Of a stretch of 64,000 nucleotides of DNA, positions 19,858-30,062 are shown piece after piece (position 1 is the stretch's first letter; each line of letters starts with the position of its first letter). The position numbers and the translations under genes are program-made. The stretch lies in the sequence record NC_054928.1; one strand, given 5' to 3'. The notes beneath the pieces were generated by a model that saw only the letters and a program-made list of their open reading frames with translations, did not search any database and was not told where the DNA came from. Source of the DNA: Escherichia phage vB_vPM_PD112.

Positions 19858-20669
19858 AATTCTAATTTATCCTTTTGAAATTCTTCGTCTAAATATGGGT
19901 TCCAACCCATTTTAAACCTTTTGATGAAATTATCAATTCTAAATTTCGGTAAGTTTAAATCCGCAAAAATAGATGATTTACTTTTAAAATCTGGACCTAA
20001 ATAATCATATAAAATTTCTGCGTATTTTAACCATAATATATAAGTACCAGATTTAATTGCTCTCGGAGTTTTCCAAGGTTTTACACCATACATCGGATTT
20101 CCACTTCCTTTATGCCTGATAGAAGATGAAATTCCAATTTTAATTTTAGCTTCCTCTGTATGCGAAAATCCATGATGTGGATTTTCTTTCCAGTATTTTT
20201 TAGAAGCTTCTGATATTTTCTTTCTGGCTAAATTAGTATGATGCTTTCCATAAAATCCATGATTTTTACCTTTATTACGATTTCTTTTAATCATGGTTAT
20301 TGATTGCTTTTTTCTAGTTTCTTTAGAAGGAGAAACACCGTATGTTGTAAATTGACCATTAGCATATGCTAAATTAAAATACTCTTTATTCCATATATCT
20401 TTTTCTATATTCTTTTGAAATTCAGCTTCAATGCTAGTTATTTGCTCATCTCCGACTAATTGAAAATATAATATTTCAACTTTCGGCGTTTCTTTCAACA
20501 GGGCTTTTTGAAATTCGGAAGATGACGAAGACGAATAATAAAATTTACCATTTTTATCAATAATATTCGTTCCGTCAAAAGTGCAATTGGTTTTACTTCC
20601 AATATAATAATACGGCGGGGTTTTAGCATTAATTCTACTAATAAATGATAGTTTATATACTACATTCAT
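19848..20669 (-). CDS. free-standing GIY-YIG homing endonuclease with NUMOD3-like DNA-binding repeats
   Basis: N-terminal VVYKL...YYYIGSKTN; repeats GKHHTNLARKKISEASK and GFSHTEEAKIKIGIS; wedged between 49 and nrdD with coupled overlaps. Confidence 0.65.
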   Translation of the reverse strand: MNVVYKLSFISRINAKTPPYYYIGSKTNCTFDGTNIIDKNGKFYYSSSSSSEFQKALLKETPKVEILYFQLVGDEQITSIEAEFQKNIEKDIWNKEYFNLAYANGQFTTYGVSPSKETRKKQSITMIKRNRNKGKNHGFYGKHHTNLARKKISEASKKYWKENPHHGFSHTEEAKIKIGISSSIRHKGSGNPMYGVKPWKTPRAIKSGTYILWLKYAEILYDYLGPDFKSKSSIFADLNLPKFRIDNFIKRFKMGWNPYLDEEFQKDKLELCL

Positions 20670-21139
20670 TTTAAACTCTTTCTAAGCTGCTTCTTAAATG
20701 AAGCTATTAATTGTGTTTTGGTGTCAGATTCATTATATTCAAATCCTCTTTGAAGCATCTCAGCCATCATTTCCTCTTTTCCTAAACGAGAAAATTCCTT
20801 TGATTTATCTCCAACGAAGTTAGGGTGAATATTATTTTGGGTGTAATCGGATTTTAAATAAGTAAGTAAATTTTCTAACCATTCAAGATAATCAACGCCT
20901 TGTCCCTTTAAGCCAGAACGATTAAATTTGTGTTTCATTTGACCTTCTGCAGCATTACACAGATTACAAAGCAATCCACGTACCTTTCCAGCTTTCGGTC
21001 CATTTAATTCATGGTCATGGTCAAGGTGATTAGCTTGAACATCAGGATTTAGTTCTCGTTGGCAAATTAAGCATTTACCGTTTTGTGCATTATAAAATTT
21101 TTGTTTTTCTTCTTTGTATAATTTGCCAGTCAATAACAT
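20666..21139 (-). CDS. 49: endonuclease VII (Holliday junction resolvase)
   Basis: 157 aa; matches T4 gp49 (CLICQRELNP...HDHELNG). Confidence 0.9.
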   Translation of the reverse strand: MLLTGKLYKEEKQKFYNAQNGKCLICQRELNPDVQANHLDHDHELNGPKAGKVRGLLCNLCNAAEGQMKHKFNRSGLKGQGVDYLEWLENLLTYLKSDYTQNNIHPNFVGDKSKEFSRLGKEEMMAEMLQRGFEYNESDTKTQLIASFKKQLRKSLK

Positions 21140-21357
21140 AATAAAACCCTTACCTTGAATAGATAAGGGTATTTATTATTTTCAAGTATTGTAAAACATT
21201 CGATGCAATCGCTTATATTGTCGAATCATCTTTTTAGTAGGACGAGAATAAGTTCCTACACAAGTGGTCATATTAGGGTCAGTAGGACTTCCTTTAATAA
21301 AAAGTTTCCAGACTTTACCACCATTTAACTTTTCAGTATAAATCAATTCAGTTTTCA

Positions 21358-21822
21358 TTAAAATGCTCGGTCAGAAAAAGAAATTTGAGTTTCAAGCCAT
21401 TCAATATATTCTGCCGCAGCTTGCATCAAATTTCCTTCATAACCATCGTTATTTTCTTGTGCAGCTAATTTAGCTAATGCATATGAAATACGTTCACCCT
21501 GAAAAGCGGCTTTAGGTTTATGAATAGCTTGATCAACTCGTTCTACGACTTCTTCAATTTCGCCATTTTCTACTGATTCAGTGTTCCACAAGCACCAATA
21601 GGCAGTTGGCTTATCGTAGATGTTAATAATCTTTCCATCAGAAAGTTCAATTTCAATAATTCCAATATCAGGTTCTATATCATCTTCACATTCTTTTACA
21701 AGTTCACGAACTTTAAAGACAGTACCTGCACTAAGTTCCGGCCAGTAATTACACAGCTCTTTATCAGCACGATTAATTCTAAACCACTTATCTACTGCAA
21801 TCATGTCCCATCTCCATATCAA
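21358..21822 (-). CDS. pin: protease inhibitor Pin-like
   Basis: 154 aa, T4 pin position after 49. Confidence 0.6.
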   Translation of the reverse strand: MIWRWDMIAVDKWFRINRADKELCNYWPELSAGTVFKVRELVKECEDDIEPDIGIIEIELSDGKIINIYDKPTAYWCLWNTESVENGEIEEVVERVDQAIHKPKAAFQGERISYALAKLAAQENNDGYEGNLMQAAAEYIEWLETQISFSDRAF

Positions 21823-21926
21823 TTATGTCATTTATTGTAGGTTCATTATATACTGTTTCTTCATCAGTGTAAACCGGTTCTTCCGGCTCTGGCTCTACAG
21901 TTTCCCATCTAACCGCCCACCAAGGT

Positions 21927-22136
21927 TTAACCCCGAAGCTTATTAAGTTCTTCATAATCAATCCAGGATTCTAGTCCTGATGGCAAATCATATTCAATTT
22001 CCCAAAGAAGTTCTTCAATTTTCTGAAGACGATCTAATTCTTCAGCTGGAATAGTAACCATTGACGGAGCTCTTGCTACATTAATATCGTAAATCATATT
22101 TACCCCAGTTTGACCATACAATCGCCGTATTTCCAC
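21927..22136 (-). CDS. hypothetical protein
   Basis: 69 aa ORF. Confidence 0.4.
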   Translation of the reverse strand: MEIRRLYGQTGVNMIYDINVARAPSMVTIPAEELDRLQKIEELLWEIEYDLPSGLESWIDYEELNKLRG

Positions 22137-22315
22137 TTAGAAATAGACTTTTCACCGTTAGAATAATAAACTTCGAGTTTAGCACGGTTATTTTTAATTT
22201 GAATAATCTTTGCTGTCATCAAAGTTCCATACCCATAATAAACTGCAACTTCATCACCTACATATACCGCGCTTCCGCGGTAGTCATGGATATAATCAGT
22301 TCCTTCGAGCATCAT
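22100..22315 (-). CDS. hypothetical protein
   Basis: 71 aa ORF. Confidence 0.4.
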   Translation of the reverse strand: MMLEGTDYIHDYRGSAVYVGDEVAVYYGYGTLMTAKIIQIKNNRAKLEVYYSNGEKSISKWKYGDCMVKLG

Positions 22316-22575
22316 TTAAAGTATTCCCGCAATTGGTCAAATCCACCAATATGACTTCCATCAGGAGCAAATACTTGTGGCATTGTCAAACCAATTTGAG
22401 TATCACGACCTAGTTTCGTCAGAAGCTCAGCGATTTTCTCATCATCAAAAACACCTTTTTCCGGCATAATATTGATAAATTCAAACGGCTGTTTCTTCAC
22501 AGTCAAAAGACGTTTTGCATTATCGCAATACACACATTTGTGTATGTTGCTATCATAACCATATACTTTAAACAT
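22312..22575 (-). CDS. nrdC: thioredoxin/glutaredoxin NrdC
   Basis: 87 aa, CVYC active site; T4 NrdC length. Confidence 0.85.
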   Translation of the reverse strand: MFKVYGYDSNIHKCVYCDNAKRLLTVKKQPFEFINIMPEKGVFDDEKIAELLTKLGRDTQIGLTMPQVFAPDGSHIGGFDQLREYFK

Positions 22576-22643
22576 ATTATTCCTTAATTCCTAATACTTG
22601 TTTAAAAGTCTCGTCGTAATCAAGACTTTGGCCCGTTTGTTCT

Positions 22644-22865
22644 TTATGTTTGTATAATATCACTTACTTCTGATAGCATATTTTTATATGAACGAGTTAA
22701 AGCTGATTTAAGCACGCTGTATCTATCAGGAAATTTACCATGTTCATTATAATAAGCTATTGCTAATTCACGGACTGCCTTTTCAGCAGTCTCCATATAT
22801 TCTTTACGCTTGGTCATTTTCTTCTCGGTTAAATCGGTGTTTGCAATGACGACATTTATATTCAA
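22644..22865 (-). CDS. hypothetical protein; start uncertain
   Basis: 73 aa ORF. Confidence 0.35.
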
Positions 22866-23121
22866 GCTCTGGTTTACGCCAGTTAATCAATTGGACCTGT
22901 TCAGTACCACATTTTGGGCAGTTCGGAACATTCTTAGAAGCCCTTTCGCGGCGTTCAACCATAACCATAATGGCATCCCAAGCAGGAGGTTTAAAGTCTA
23001 GATCGTCACAGCCATGAATCTTTCCACGCATTTCCAGATCGTCTTCTTCACCAGCCATAATGATTTTAATTAGACTGGAATTACTTGAAGCTGCAATATC
23101 TTCTAATAGACGCTTTTTCAT
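22804..23121 (-). CDS. zinc-ribbon protein
   Basis: CPKCG...CRHCKH four-Cys motif. Confidence 0.45.
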
Positions 23122-24044
23122 TTCAATACCTCAATAGCATTACGTAAACCATTTGCTTTTGCATTAAGAGCTTTTAACAATTTGGTATGTTCGGCAATCT
23201 GGACTTCAACTTCAATCAAACGAGCATTGAGATATTCGCGTTCTTCGCTCAAGTTATCAATCTTTTCTACTTTAGGTTCTTTTACAACTGGCTTATATGT
23301 ATTAGGGTTCTTCAGTTTAATTAGAATGCGTGAACTGTATAACATTGAACCATTATCTTCGGTTTCATCATACATTTCCACTACGTCCATCATCTCCACC
23401 ATCGTGCAGAGTTTATAAGACAGCGAACGAATAGTTTTGTTATGCTTATTAATTTCTCTAGCTGTCATGGTGCCGAGATTACGTGAGTAATAATAAGGAA
23501 CCTGGATATTAATTAATACTGATGAACCACCTGGCTTGTGTGTTACTTCATCAGCAATAACCCAGTCCTTAACATGAACTGTATTTGTACGGTCATCGCC
23601 CGCGGTAAATAGTTTACGAGCATGCTTAAAAAGCATATTCACTTGGTCATTGAATTGACAAGCGAATTTATCAGCAAATTTAGTTTCAGGAATGGTAGAT
23701 AACCAATCAGCTAAATGGGTCTTTTTAACATCGTTAACAATAGTAAATTCAACCAAATCGGTTATAGATGTCGCAGTTTTAATGAATCTCGGCTTCATAA
23801 AGTTTTTAATGTTATCGCGAGCTACAGTAGAAGATAACAGACGAGAACGTTTAAACCATTGAAGCAAATTGCCTAACGAATGAGAATAAGCGTTTTGAGT
23901 ATCTTTACAGATATGATTTTCCTGGCCAACATATTGAAGGAAATCACGAAGAATATTATTGATTACTGCTCTGTGCCCAATCTGATAATTACGGTGTTTA
24001 GTAATAAGACTGTCAAAATAATCAATATAATGTTTACGAGTCAT
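23118..24044 (-). CDS. hypothetical protein with C-terminal coiled coil; probable ATG at 24044 behind GAGGAG RBS
   Basis: ORF; RBS read on minus strand. Confidence 0.5.
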   Translation of the reverse strand: MTRKHYIDYFDSLITKHRNYQIGHRAVINNILRDFLQYVGQENHICKDTQNAYSHSLGNLLQWFKRSRLLSSTVARDNIKNFMKPRFIKTATSITDLVEFTIVNDVKKTHLADWLSTIPETKFADKFACQFNDQVNMLFKHARKLFTAGDDRTNTVHVKDWVIADEVTHKPGGSSVLINIQVPYYYSRNLGTMTAREINKHNKTIRSLSYKLCTMVEMMDVVEMYDETEDNGSMLYSSRILIKLKNPNTYKPVVKEPKVEKIDNLSEEREYLNARLIEVEVQIAEHTKLLKALNAKANGLRNAIEVLK

Positions 24045-24101
24045 ATTAATCTCCTCAGTAGAAAGTAAGAACATTATACCACATCCTTGCGGCAAAGTAA
24101 A

Positions 24102-25115
24102 CTAGTTCAGTGCATTTAGTGCATTGTTCAGTTTAGAACGTTGCTTCGTGAGATTTTTGACTTTTTCTTGAGCTTTTTCTAACATCTTTTCAGCTTCTAA
24201 CACTTCATTAGTTGCTTTAACGAGTTCATCATCTACTGCCTTAAGAGACTTCTCAATCGCGTCAGCGTGCCATTTTTCTACAGGTTTAAAATTTGAATTT
24301 TCAGTAGGAAGAAAATTCACTTTATTGAATTTCCATGCATTTTTATTACCTGAACTATACATCCAAAATTTAGGATCGTTTGATAAGTAATTGGATAAAT
24401 TTAAATTTAAGTTATCTTGCACTTCCTGCTTTTTCTCTTGCGTGACTTCGTCCTTTCTCAAAAAATCGTATTTAAATGAAACGATCATATCAAGTTCATA
24501 TGTTGTGTCTAAGAAATGCTGTGAAATCTTAGACTGAACAGCGGCAACAACATCCATATACTTAAATGCTTCTGTCAACTGCGATTTAAGGCATTCACAA
24601 ATTGAAAGAGAATTTTTTGTATTAGGTTTAAAGCTAATTCGTGCAGTTCTATTATTTTCTTTTAATGGTCTTACTTCCATCTGAAGAGTATAACCATCAA
24701 ATTTCAGATTCTTTAAGTTAATATCAGAACCTTTCAATCGACTCGCAGTTGATAAAATTTGTTTTAATTGTTTACGGAATAGAGCAATAAATCTCCATTC
24801 AAGACGATAATGATTTGGATTAAAAAATCCTGTTGATAAATCGACCTTACTTTGACCAACGCCTTGAACAAATAGAGGATTTTTATAATCAATAGTTTTA
24901 CAGAAATCGGTGAGCTGCTCACGAGCCGTCATTTGCGTAATATACCCTGCTTCGCTAAAATTACGCACCCATTCACTGCTATTCGTATACTTAAAGTGAT
25001 GAATAACACGATTAACTTTATCAGGGTCTAAATTATTTTCACACAAAAATGTCATAACATCACGAGTATAACTGGCATTACGAACCATATCTTCAATTTG
25101 AGAACGAGTTTTCAT
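24102..25115 (-). CDS. hypothetical protein with C-terminal coiled coil
   Basis: 337 aa ORF, AAGGAA RBS. Confidence 0.5.
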   Translation of the reverse strand: MKTRSQIEDMVRNASYTRDVMTFLCENNLDPDKVNRVIHHFKYTNSSEWVRNFSEAGYITQMTAREQLTDFCKTIDYKNPLFVQGVGQSKVDLSTGFFNPNHYRLEWRFIALFRKQLKQILSTASRLKGSDINLKNLKFDGYTLQMEVRPLKENNRTARISFKPNTKNSLSICECLKSQLTEAFKYMDVVAAVQSKISQHFLDTTYELDMIVSFKYDFLRKDEVTQEKKQEVQDNLNLNLSNYLSNDPKFWMYSSGNKNAWKFNKVNFLPTENSNFKPVEKWHADAIEKSLKAVDDELVKATNEVLEAEKMLEKAQEKVKNLTKQRSKLNNALNALN

Positions 25116-25123
25116 GGTGTTCC

Positions 25124-26014
25124 TTAAGATTTAAGTAAATCAACAATTTTAATTAACTTTTCACGCTCAGATTTAGCTTTACTACTCAATCCAGATAGTC
25201 TGAAAATTTCATCGTCATATTGTTGAATAGAAATATTCAGCTCTTCAATTTGCTTATTAAAATAATCAATTTGTTCAGAATGTTTTTCGTTACTACGAAC
25301 TGGTACAGGTTTTGTAGGCAATTTAGTTGAACTGGATTCATCCGGGCGATAAATTAAAATACAACTTGAACCAATCGGACATTTAGCACCAGACACATAT
25401 TCTAATGTTCCGGCTTCTTTTAAAACTTCAAAAGCTAAACAGAGATGATGACCCATATTGGCATAATCTGTAGAGTGAGCTCTGATGTAATAATCATCTC
25501 CACGAGTACTAAATTTAAAGCATTTAAGGTCTTCTGTATTATTGGTCTTAAAAATCATTTGTTTATCTAGACCTTTAGCTAATCGAGCGCCTAATGCTAA
25601 TAATCGTCGTTGATTTTCCCACAAATCCGCAATCATTTGGTCAAATGATAATTTCGGCATTAGTCGACCATAAAGGTCATATCCTTTATTATAATTACGA
25701 AGGATTTCACTCGCATTAATACGAGACAACGCTCCAATTTTATTAAGGGCTTTCATAATGCGATTAGATAAACTCATTCCAGACCCGTTTGGTCGCTGTA
25801 AATGTTTTTCTAATCCAAATCCAATATCAACTTTAAACTTATCTAAAATTTCGGCATGAACATCTTTATCAATAACATTCAAATCCAAAGTTGGGTTAAA
25901 TCTATGAAAAAATTTATCTGGCTCTCCACGACGAAATACAGTCCATTCATTCATCATTTTTTTATTAACTAAAGATTTAATTACTGTATTGACATTATTA
26001 ATTACTACTGACAT
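25124..26014 (-). CDS. hypothetical protein with C-terminal coiled coil; probable ATG at 26014 (track ORF starts at a GTG at 26050)
   Basis: ORF; GAGGAA RBS before MSVVINNVN. Confidence 0.5.
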   Translation of the reverse strand: MSVVINNVNTVIKSLVNKKMMNEWTVFRRGEPDKFFHRFNPTLDLNVIDKDVHAEILDKFKVDIGFGLEKHLQRPNGSGMSLSNRIMKALNKIGALSRINASEILRNYNKGYDLYGRLMPKLSFDQMIADLWENQRRLLALGARLAKGLDKQMIFKTNNTEDLKCFKFSTRGDDYYIRAHSTDYANMGHHLCLAFEVLKEAGTLEYVSGAKCPIGSSCILIYRPDESSSTKLPTKPVPVRSNEKHSEQIDYFNKQIEELNISIQQYDDEIFRLSGLSSKAKSEREKLIKIVDLLKS

Positions 26015-26021
26015 ATTTTCC

Positions 26022-26429
26022 TCACTCAATTTCAATTTTACTAAATACACAGAATATGATTGAACAGACTACATAAGCACCACACACAGATTGAACTAAT
26101 ACCATCCCAAAGAACCAAACAATATTATCAAACAGTGTCTGTTTTACGTCGAAAGGACGTAAACTTACAGTAATATTATCACCTTTTTCTATTGAAGAAT
26201 ACATCTCTGGGGAAATATATTCACTAAATCTATAACCGTCTTTGAGTTCATATACAGCAATAAACGATAAACTAGACCCCTTTCCTTGTGTTCCTGTAAT
26301 GGTATTAACTACAGTAACATCATAATCTTTATAATGCATATAATCATTAATTGCGTAATAACCGTATGCAACTACTACACATAAACAACATATCAATAAA
26401 TTCAATCTTTTAATTATCAACTGTTTCAT
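26022..26429 (-). CDS. small membrane protein (N- and C-terminal TM segments)
   Basis: 135 aa, hydrophobic ends. Confidence 0.45.
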   Translation of the reverse strand: MKQLIIKRLNLLICCLCVVVAYGYYAINDYMHYKDYDVTVVNTITGTQGKGSSLSFIAVYELKDGYRFSEYISPEMYSSIEKGDNITVSLRPFDVKQTLFDNIVWFFGMVLVQSVCGAYVVCSIIFCVFSKIEIE

Positions 26430-26484
26430 AATAATCTCAATTAAAAGGGCTTAGAACCATTATACCATCCTTGGTATAAAGCGG

Positions 26485-27012
26485 TTATGCGAGTACCGTC
26501 TTTAACCGTTCTTCAAACTTCCGAAGAGTATTTTGGCGTTCAGCTCTTTGCTTTTTGTAAGTTTCAATACGCTCTGAAATGAGAGTGTATCGTTCATTTA
26601 CTGATTCTTTCATAAAATCAGGAATTTCACGAGAAGCTTTAATCTCATCAAATTTATCAATAACAGCTTGCTCTTCAGCAATTAAGTTATCATACATTAA
26701 AATATCTTTCTTGATGAACTCAATATCTTCTTGAGTTACACGAGATAATTTAGATGCTTTATCCTTTTTGTACTGTTCGTTAGTATCACGAGACCAGTGT
26801 AATGTACGATTTTTATTCGTATTCTTATAAATTTCTACAATACCAATCTCATCGATAATAACGATCCAATTCCAATGGGATTTGTAAATTTGTCCTCCAT
26901 CAACCGTGATTTCACCTCCAATTGAGATGTCATTAAAGAACTTGCTTTGTGCTTCAGATTTAAATTTACCATCGTTATAATTTACCAAGTTGAAAATATC
27001 TTTAGCGTTCAT
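26485..27012 (-). CDS. hypothetical protein with C-terminal coiled coil
   Basis: 175 aa ORF; early promoter upstream. Confidence 0.5.
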   Translation of the reverse strand: MNAKDIFNLVNYNDGKFKSEAQSKFFNDISIGGEITVDGGQIYKSHWNWIVIIDEIGIVEIYKNTNKNRTLHWSRDTNEQYKKDKASKLSRVTQEDIEFIKKDILMYDNLIAEEQAVIDKFDEIKASREIPDFMKESVNERYTLISERIETYKKQRAERQNTLRKFEERLKTVLA

Positions 27013-27037
27013 TTTCTGTTCCTCCGTAGTTGATAGT

Positions 27038-27070
27038 TGTATAGTACCACAGAGGAACAGTCTTGTAAAC
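27038..27070 (-). promoter_or_regulatory. T4-type early promoter
   Basis: Minus-strand read GTTTACAagactgttcctctgtgGTACTATACA. Confidence 0.6.
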
Positions 27071-27072
27071 CA

Positions 27073-27387
27073 CTAAAAGAAACTTCTTTCACAATTTTTT
27101 CCACTAAACCATGCGCTCACTGCTTTCTTAGTCTCAGGAGCAGTGTTATCCATAAACCATTCAAAGGCAGCCTTTTTATGATTCTGGAGGGCTTCTCGGG
27201 CTTTAATCTGCTCACGGTCTATTAACACTAACATATGAGCCTTTCTTGTCACCATGGGCTTCTTATGATTTTTTGAATACTCCCAGTCATTTGTCCATCG
27301 CATTGTCGTTGCGAACTGAAATACAGCTTCTTTAATCTTAGTTTCGTAAATTTCACGAGCCTTTGAGTATAACATCACTACCTCCAT
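27073..27387 (-). CDS. hypothetical protein
   Basis: 104 aa ORF. Confidence 0.4.
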   Translation of the reverse strand: MEVVMLYSKAREIYETKIKEAVFQFATTMRWTNDWEYSKNHKKPMVTRKAHMLVLIDREQIKAREALQNHKKAAFEWFMDNTAPETKKAVSAWFSGKNCERSFF

Positions 27388-27477
27388 TCACCAGTTTAAT
27401 TCTAGTCATCTTTTTAATGGCAGTCCATATAATCTATTTCTGAACTGCCTTTTTGTCTTAGAAGGCCTCTTATGAAT

Positions 27478-28446
27478 TTATTTCAGAAGAGTAACCTCAG
27501 CAATTTCTTGCCAACCGTTTTTGTCGGTCATAATAAAGTCAGCAAGATAAAGTGCAGTACGCAGTGAAACATTGCGTAAACGGTTAACATTGACTTTCAT
27601 CCATGATAATGCTTTATAAGTTTCTTCATCAGAAAGACCGCGCTTTTGCATCATGTCGGTTGAAAGAATAACATCTTCAACCCTGACCATAATTTCTTCA
27701 TTAGTGTGAACACCCAAATCCAAATAAACTGAGCGGGATACTAATGCTTGTAAATGTGGAGCAAGTTTAGTACCACGGTCTAATTCGCGGTCAATGTCAA
27801 CGTTTGTGATAAAAACAATCGTTCCTTTAAATTCAAACTCACGCTCAATGCCTTTTTCTTCTAAGTAAGAAGATGCAGTGCTCCAGCAGACTTTACGGGT
27901 CTCTCCAGTGTCCAGAGCGGCTTTTAGAAGATTAAGAATGTCCATATCAGAGAAAACATCCACATCATCAATCAAAAGGACAGAATTCTCTTCACGATTA
28001 TTCCAAAGTTGTTCATAAAGACCGATACCGGAGATTTTACCGTTAATGCTTTTATATTCAATGTATCCATTATCATTTGCTTTATTCAAAGCTTTATCTA
28101 AAGAATACGTTTTACCAATACCTGCTGCACCAGAGATAATTAATGAACGAATGTTTCCGTTAATAATACCATTCGTCATCATTCCCATAACATTAAATCT
28201 TTTATTAATGCGGGTTTTCATATCTTCATACGATTCTTTAACTTCTTCAACTTTTACACCATCATATGAAATGTCTGATTTGTAAACCCAAACACCGCGA
28301 CGTTTACCGTCAATTTCAACAAAAACTTTACCATCTCCTTGTGCATCTACCGGAGCATTATCTGGGAACCATTCACCTAAGAGCTCAAAAGTTCCAGAGA
28401 TTTCTTTACCGAAGTAGATACCCTTATTGATAGTTACAGTTTTCAT
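27478..28446 (-). CDS. P-loop AAA-type ATPase with N-terminal extra domain; probable ATG at 28446
   Basis: Walker A GAAGIGKT, Walker B VLLIDDVD. Confidence 0.6.
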   Translation of the reverse strand: MKTVTINKGIYFGKEISGTFELLGEWFPDNAPVDAQGDGKVFVEIDGKRRGVWVYKSDISYDGVKVEEVKESYEDMKTRINKRFNVMGMMTNGIINGNIRSLIISGAAGIGKTYSLDKALNKANDNGYIEYKSINGKISGIGLYEQLWNNREENSVLLIDDVDVFSDMDILNLLKAALDTGETRKVCWSTASSYLEEKGIEREFEFKGTIVFITNVDIDRELDRGTKLAPHLQALVSRSVYLDLGVHTNEEIMVRVEDVILSTDMMQKRGLSDEETYKALSWMKVNVNRLRNVSLRTALYLADFIMTDKNGWQEIAEVTLLK

Positions 28447-28477
28447 TTTATTCTCCAATTTTACATTTGTTTTGATA

Positions 28478-28512
28478 GGGTAATAGTATCACACTACTAC
28501 CCTGCTGTAAAC
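28478..28512 (-). promoter_or_regulatory. T4-type early promoter
   Basis: Minus-strand read GTTTACAgcagggtagtagtgtgaTACTATTACC. Confidence 0.6.
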
Positions 28513-28515
28513 AAT

Positions 28516-28779
28516 TTATTTTAATGTTCGCCAAATTTTTACTGCTTCGCGACGAGATACTTCTACAGCTCCAAGTTCTACAGCTTTTTGGCGTCGCCGA
28601 GCGTGTAAGTCATAATGTTTAATGCGTTTATCTTGAAACCAAGAACGTTTCATTCCTATTGCTTCTGCCATTTCGTGAAGCTCTTCAATATCTCCATCAG
28701 TGAACATATGACAATTTTTAGTTGGATGACCGCGAAGTTTCCATCCATGATTCATTAAAACATCTACGTAAACTGTCAT
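28516..28779 (-). CDS. conserved hypothetical protein
   Basis: 87 aa ORF (…KHYDLHARRRQKAVELGA…). Confidence 0.45.
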   Translation of the reverse strand: MTVYVDVLMNHGWKLRGHPTKNCHMFTDGDIEELHEMAEAIGMKRSWFQDKRIKHYDLHARRRQKAVELGAVEVSRREAVKIWRTLK

Positions 28780-28959
28780 TGATTCTTCTCCAAATAAGTT
28801 TCGATAATTTTCTGAGCGAGATAAACTGCATTATCTTCAGTTGCATCTTCTAAGAAACTTTCAAAACACTCTGAAATTTCTTCTGTGTCAATCAACTTTT
28901 TTACTTCAATTGGTGTAATTTTCATTTTGTTTTTCCGTTTAAGTGTTTGTTTTGATAGT

Positions 28960-28992
28960 TGTATAGTACCATAAAGCTTTATGCTTGTAAAC
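28960..28992 (-). promoter_or_regulatory. T4-type early promoter
   Basis: Minus-strand read GTTTACAagcataaagctttatgGTACTATACA. Confidence 0.6.
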
Positions 28993-29022
28993 CGTTTTGT
29001 GAAAAATTTTTGAAATAAAAAA

Positions 29023-29040
29023 GGGAGCCCGAAGGCTCCC
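29023..29040 (-). terminator. intrinsic terminator
   Basis: gggagcccgaaggctccc hairpin followed by T-run on minus strand. Confidence 0.65.
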
Positions 29041-29042
29041 TA

Positions 29043-30056
29043 TCATTTATAATAACTTCGGTGGTTTTCAAGATAGACCTTCTCAAGGAAGTCATCCCAG
29101 AAACTCATGTCTACTGTTTTAGGCATACCGTTCTTAGAAGCTTCAGTAGATGCTGCTTCTACTTGATCGACCACATCTTCCAAAAACTCTTGAACCGTTT
29201 TAAATGGATGTTTACCCAACTTCACGTCAAGAATAAATGGAGCGTCTTGAAGTGGATAAACCAAGTCACCAGTTTTGTAAATTTCCAATAGTTGAAGTCC
29301 ACCACGACAAGCATGGCTCAGAGCTTTCCAGTCAATACCTTCGTTGGCTTTGGCCTTACGGGCACGTTCACCATATTCAGCATCTAATTTGTTCAGTGAC
29401 TGCTTAAGCTCAATAAGAGAAAGCGTTGTCTGATATTTACGACCCAACACAGTGTAGAACATTTGCGGGCCTGTTTTCTCATAATTATGGAACACCCATT
29501 CACAGAACTCGTTTTCTGGAAGACGATGCTTAATATCTTCAACTTTAGTGCGACGAAGTCTATCAGGGATTCCTTCTTGATAGTCGACCCACTGGTCAGG
29601 GATTTGATTAACTACTTTCAATACATCACGTAATGCGGCCAAACGAGAACCCTTGACACCGTATTTAGAAGCTTGCTTACGGACATATCCTAAATAGGAT
29701 TTCATGTTAGTCGTATAAAAACGAGAACGGTTGTCTTGAATAAACTTCCACACATCAGGCAAATCAGATTTAACCACTAGCTCAGGTGGAGTGTGAAGCA
29801 TATCTAATGCTACAGTTTCACCATCTGCTGCTAATTTAAAGAAATACTTAAGACTGTATAGTTCATGGTCAATATCATCTTTAGTGTTTTTAGATGATGT
29901 GTTGTTAGTGTTTTTACTCATGTGCTCTTTAACGTTTCCAATAAGAATATCACGAGCAGGAGGAACAAAGATTTCTTTAAAATCTACATCAGATTCTGGA
30001 GTAGAAGTTCCATAAAGATGACTACCAAAATAACTTTTCATTACTGTTTTCATCAT
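29043..30056 (-). CDS. Pol-beta-superfamily nucleotidyltransferase-fold protein
   Basis: N-terminal GSHLYGTSTPESDVDF (G-S...D-x-D) with downstream acidic residue; 337 aa. Confidence 0.55.
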   Translation of the reverse strand: MMKTVMKSYFGSHLYGTSTPESDVDFKEIFVPPARDILIGNVKEHMSKNTNNTSSKNTKDDIDHELYSLKYFFKLAADGETVALDMLHTPPELVVKSDLPDVWKFIQDNRSRFYTTNMKSYLGYVRKQASKYGVKGSRLAALRDVLKVVNQIPDQWVDYQEGIPDRLRRTKVEDIKHRLPENEFCEWVFHNYEKTGPQMFYTVLGRKYQTTLSLIELKQSLNKLDAEYGERARKAKANEGIDWKALSHACRGGLQLLEIYKTGDLVYPLQDAPFILDVKLGKHPFKTVQEFLEDVVDQVEAASTEASKNGMPKTVDMSFWDDFLEKVYLENHRSYYK

Positions 30057-30062
30057 TCAGCC

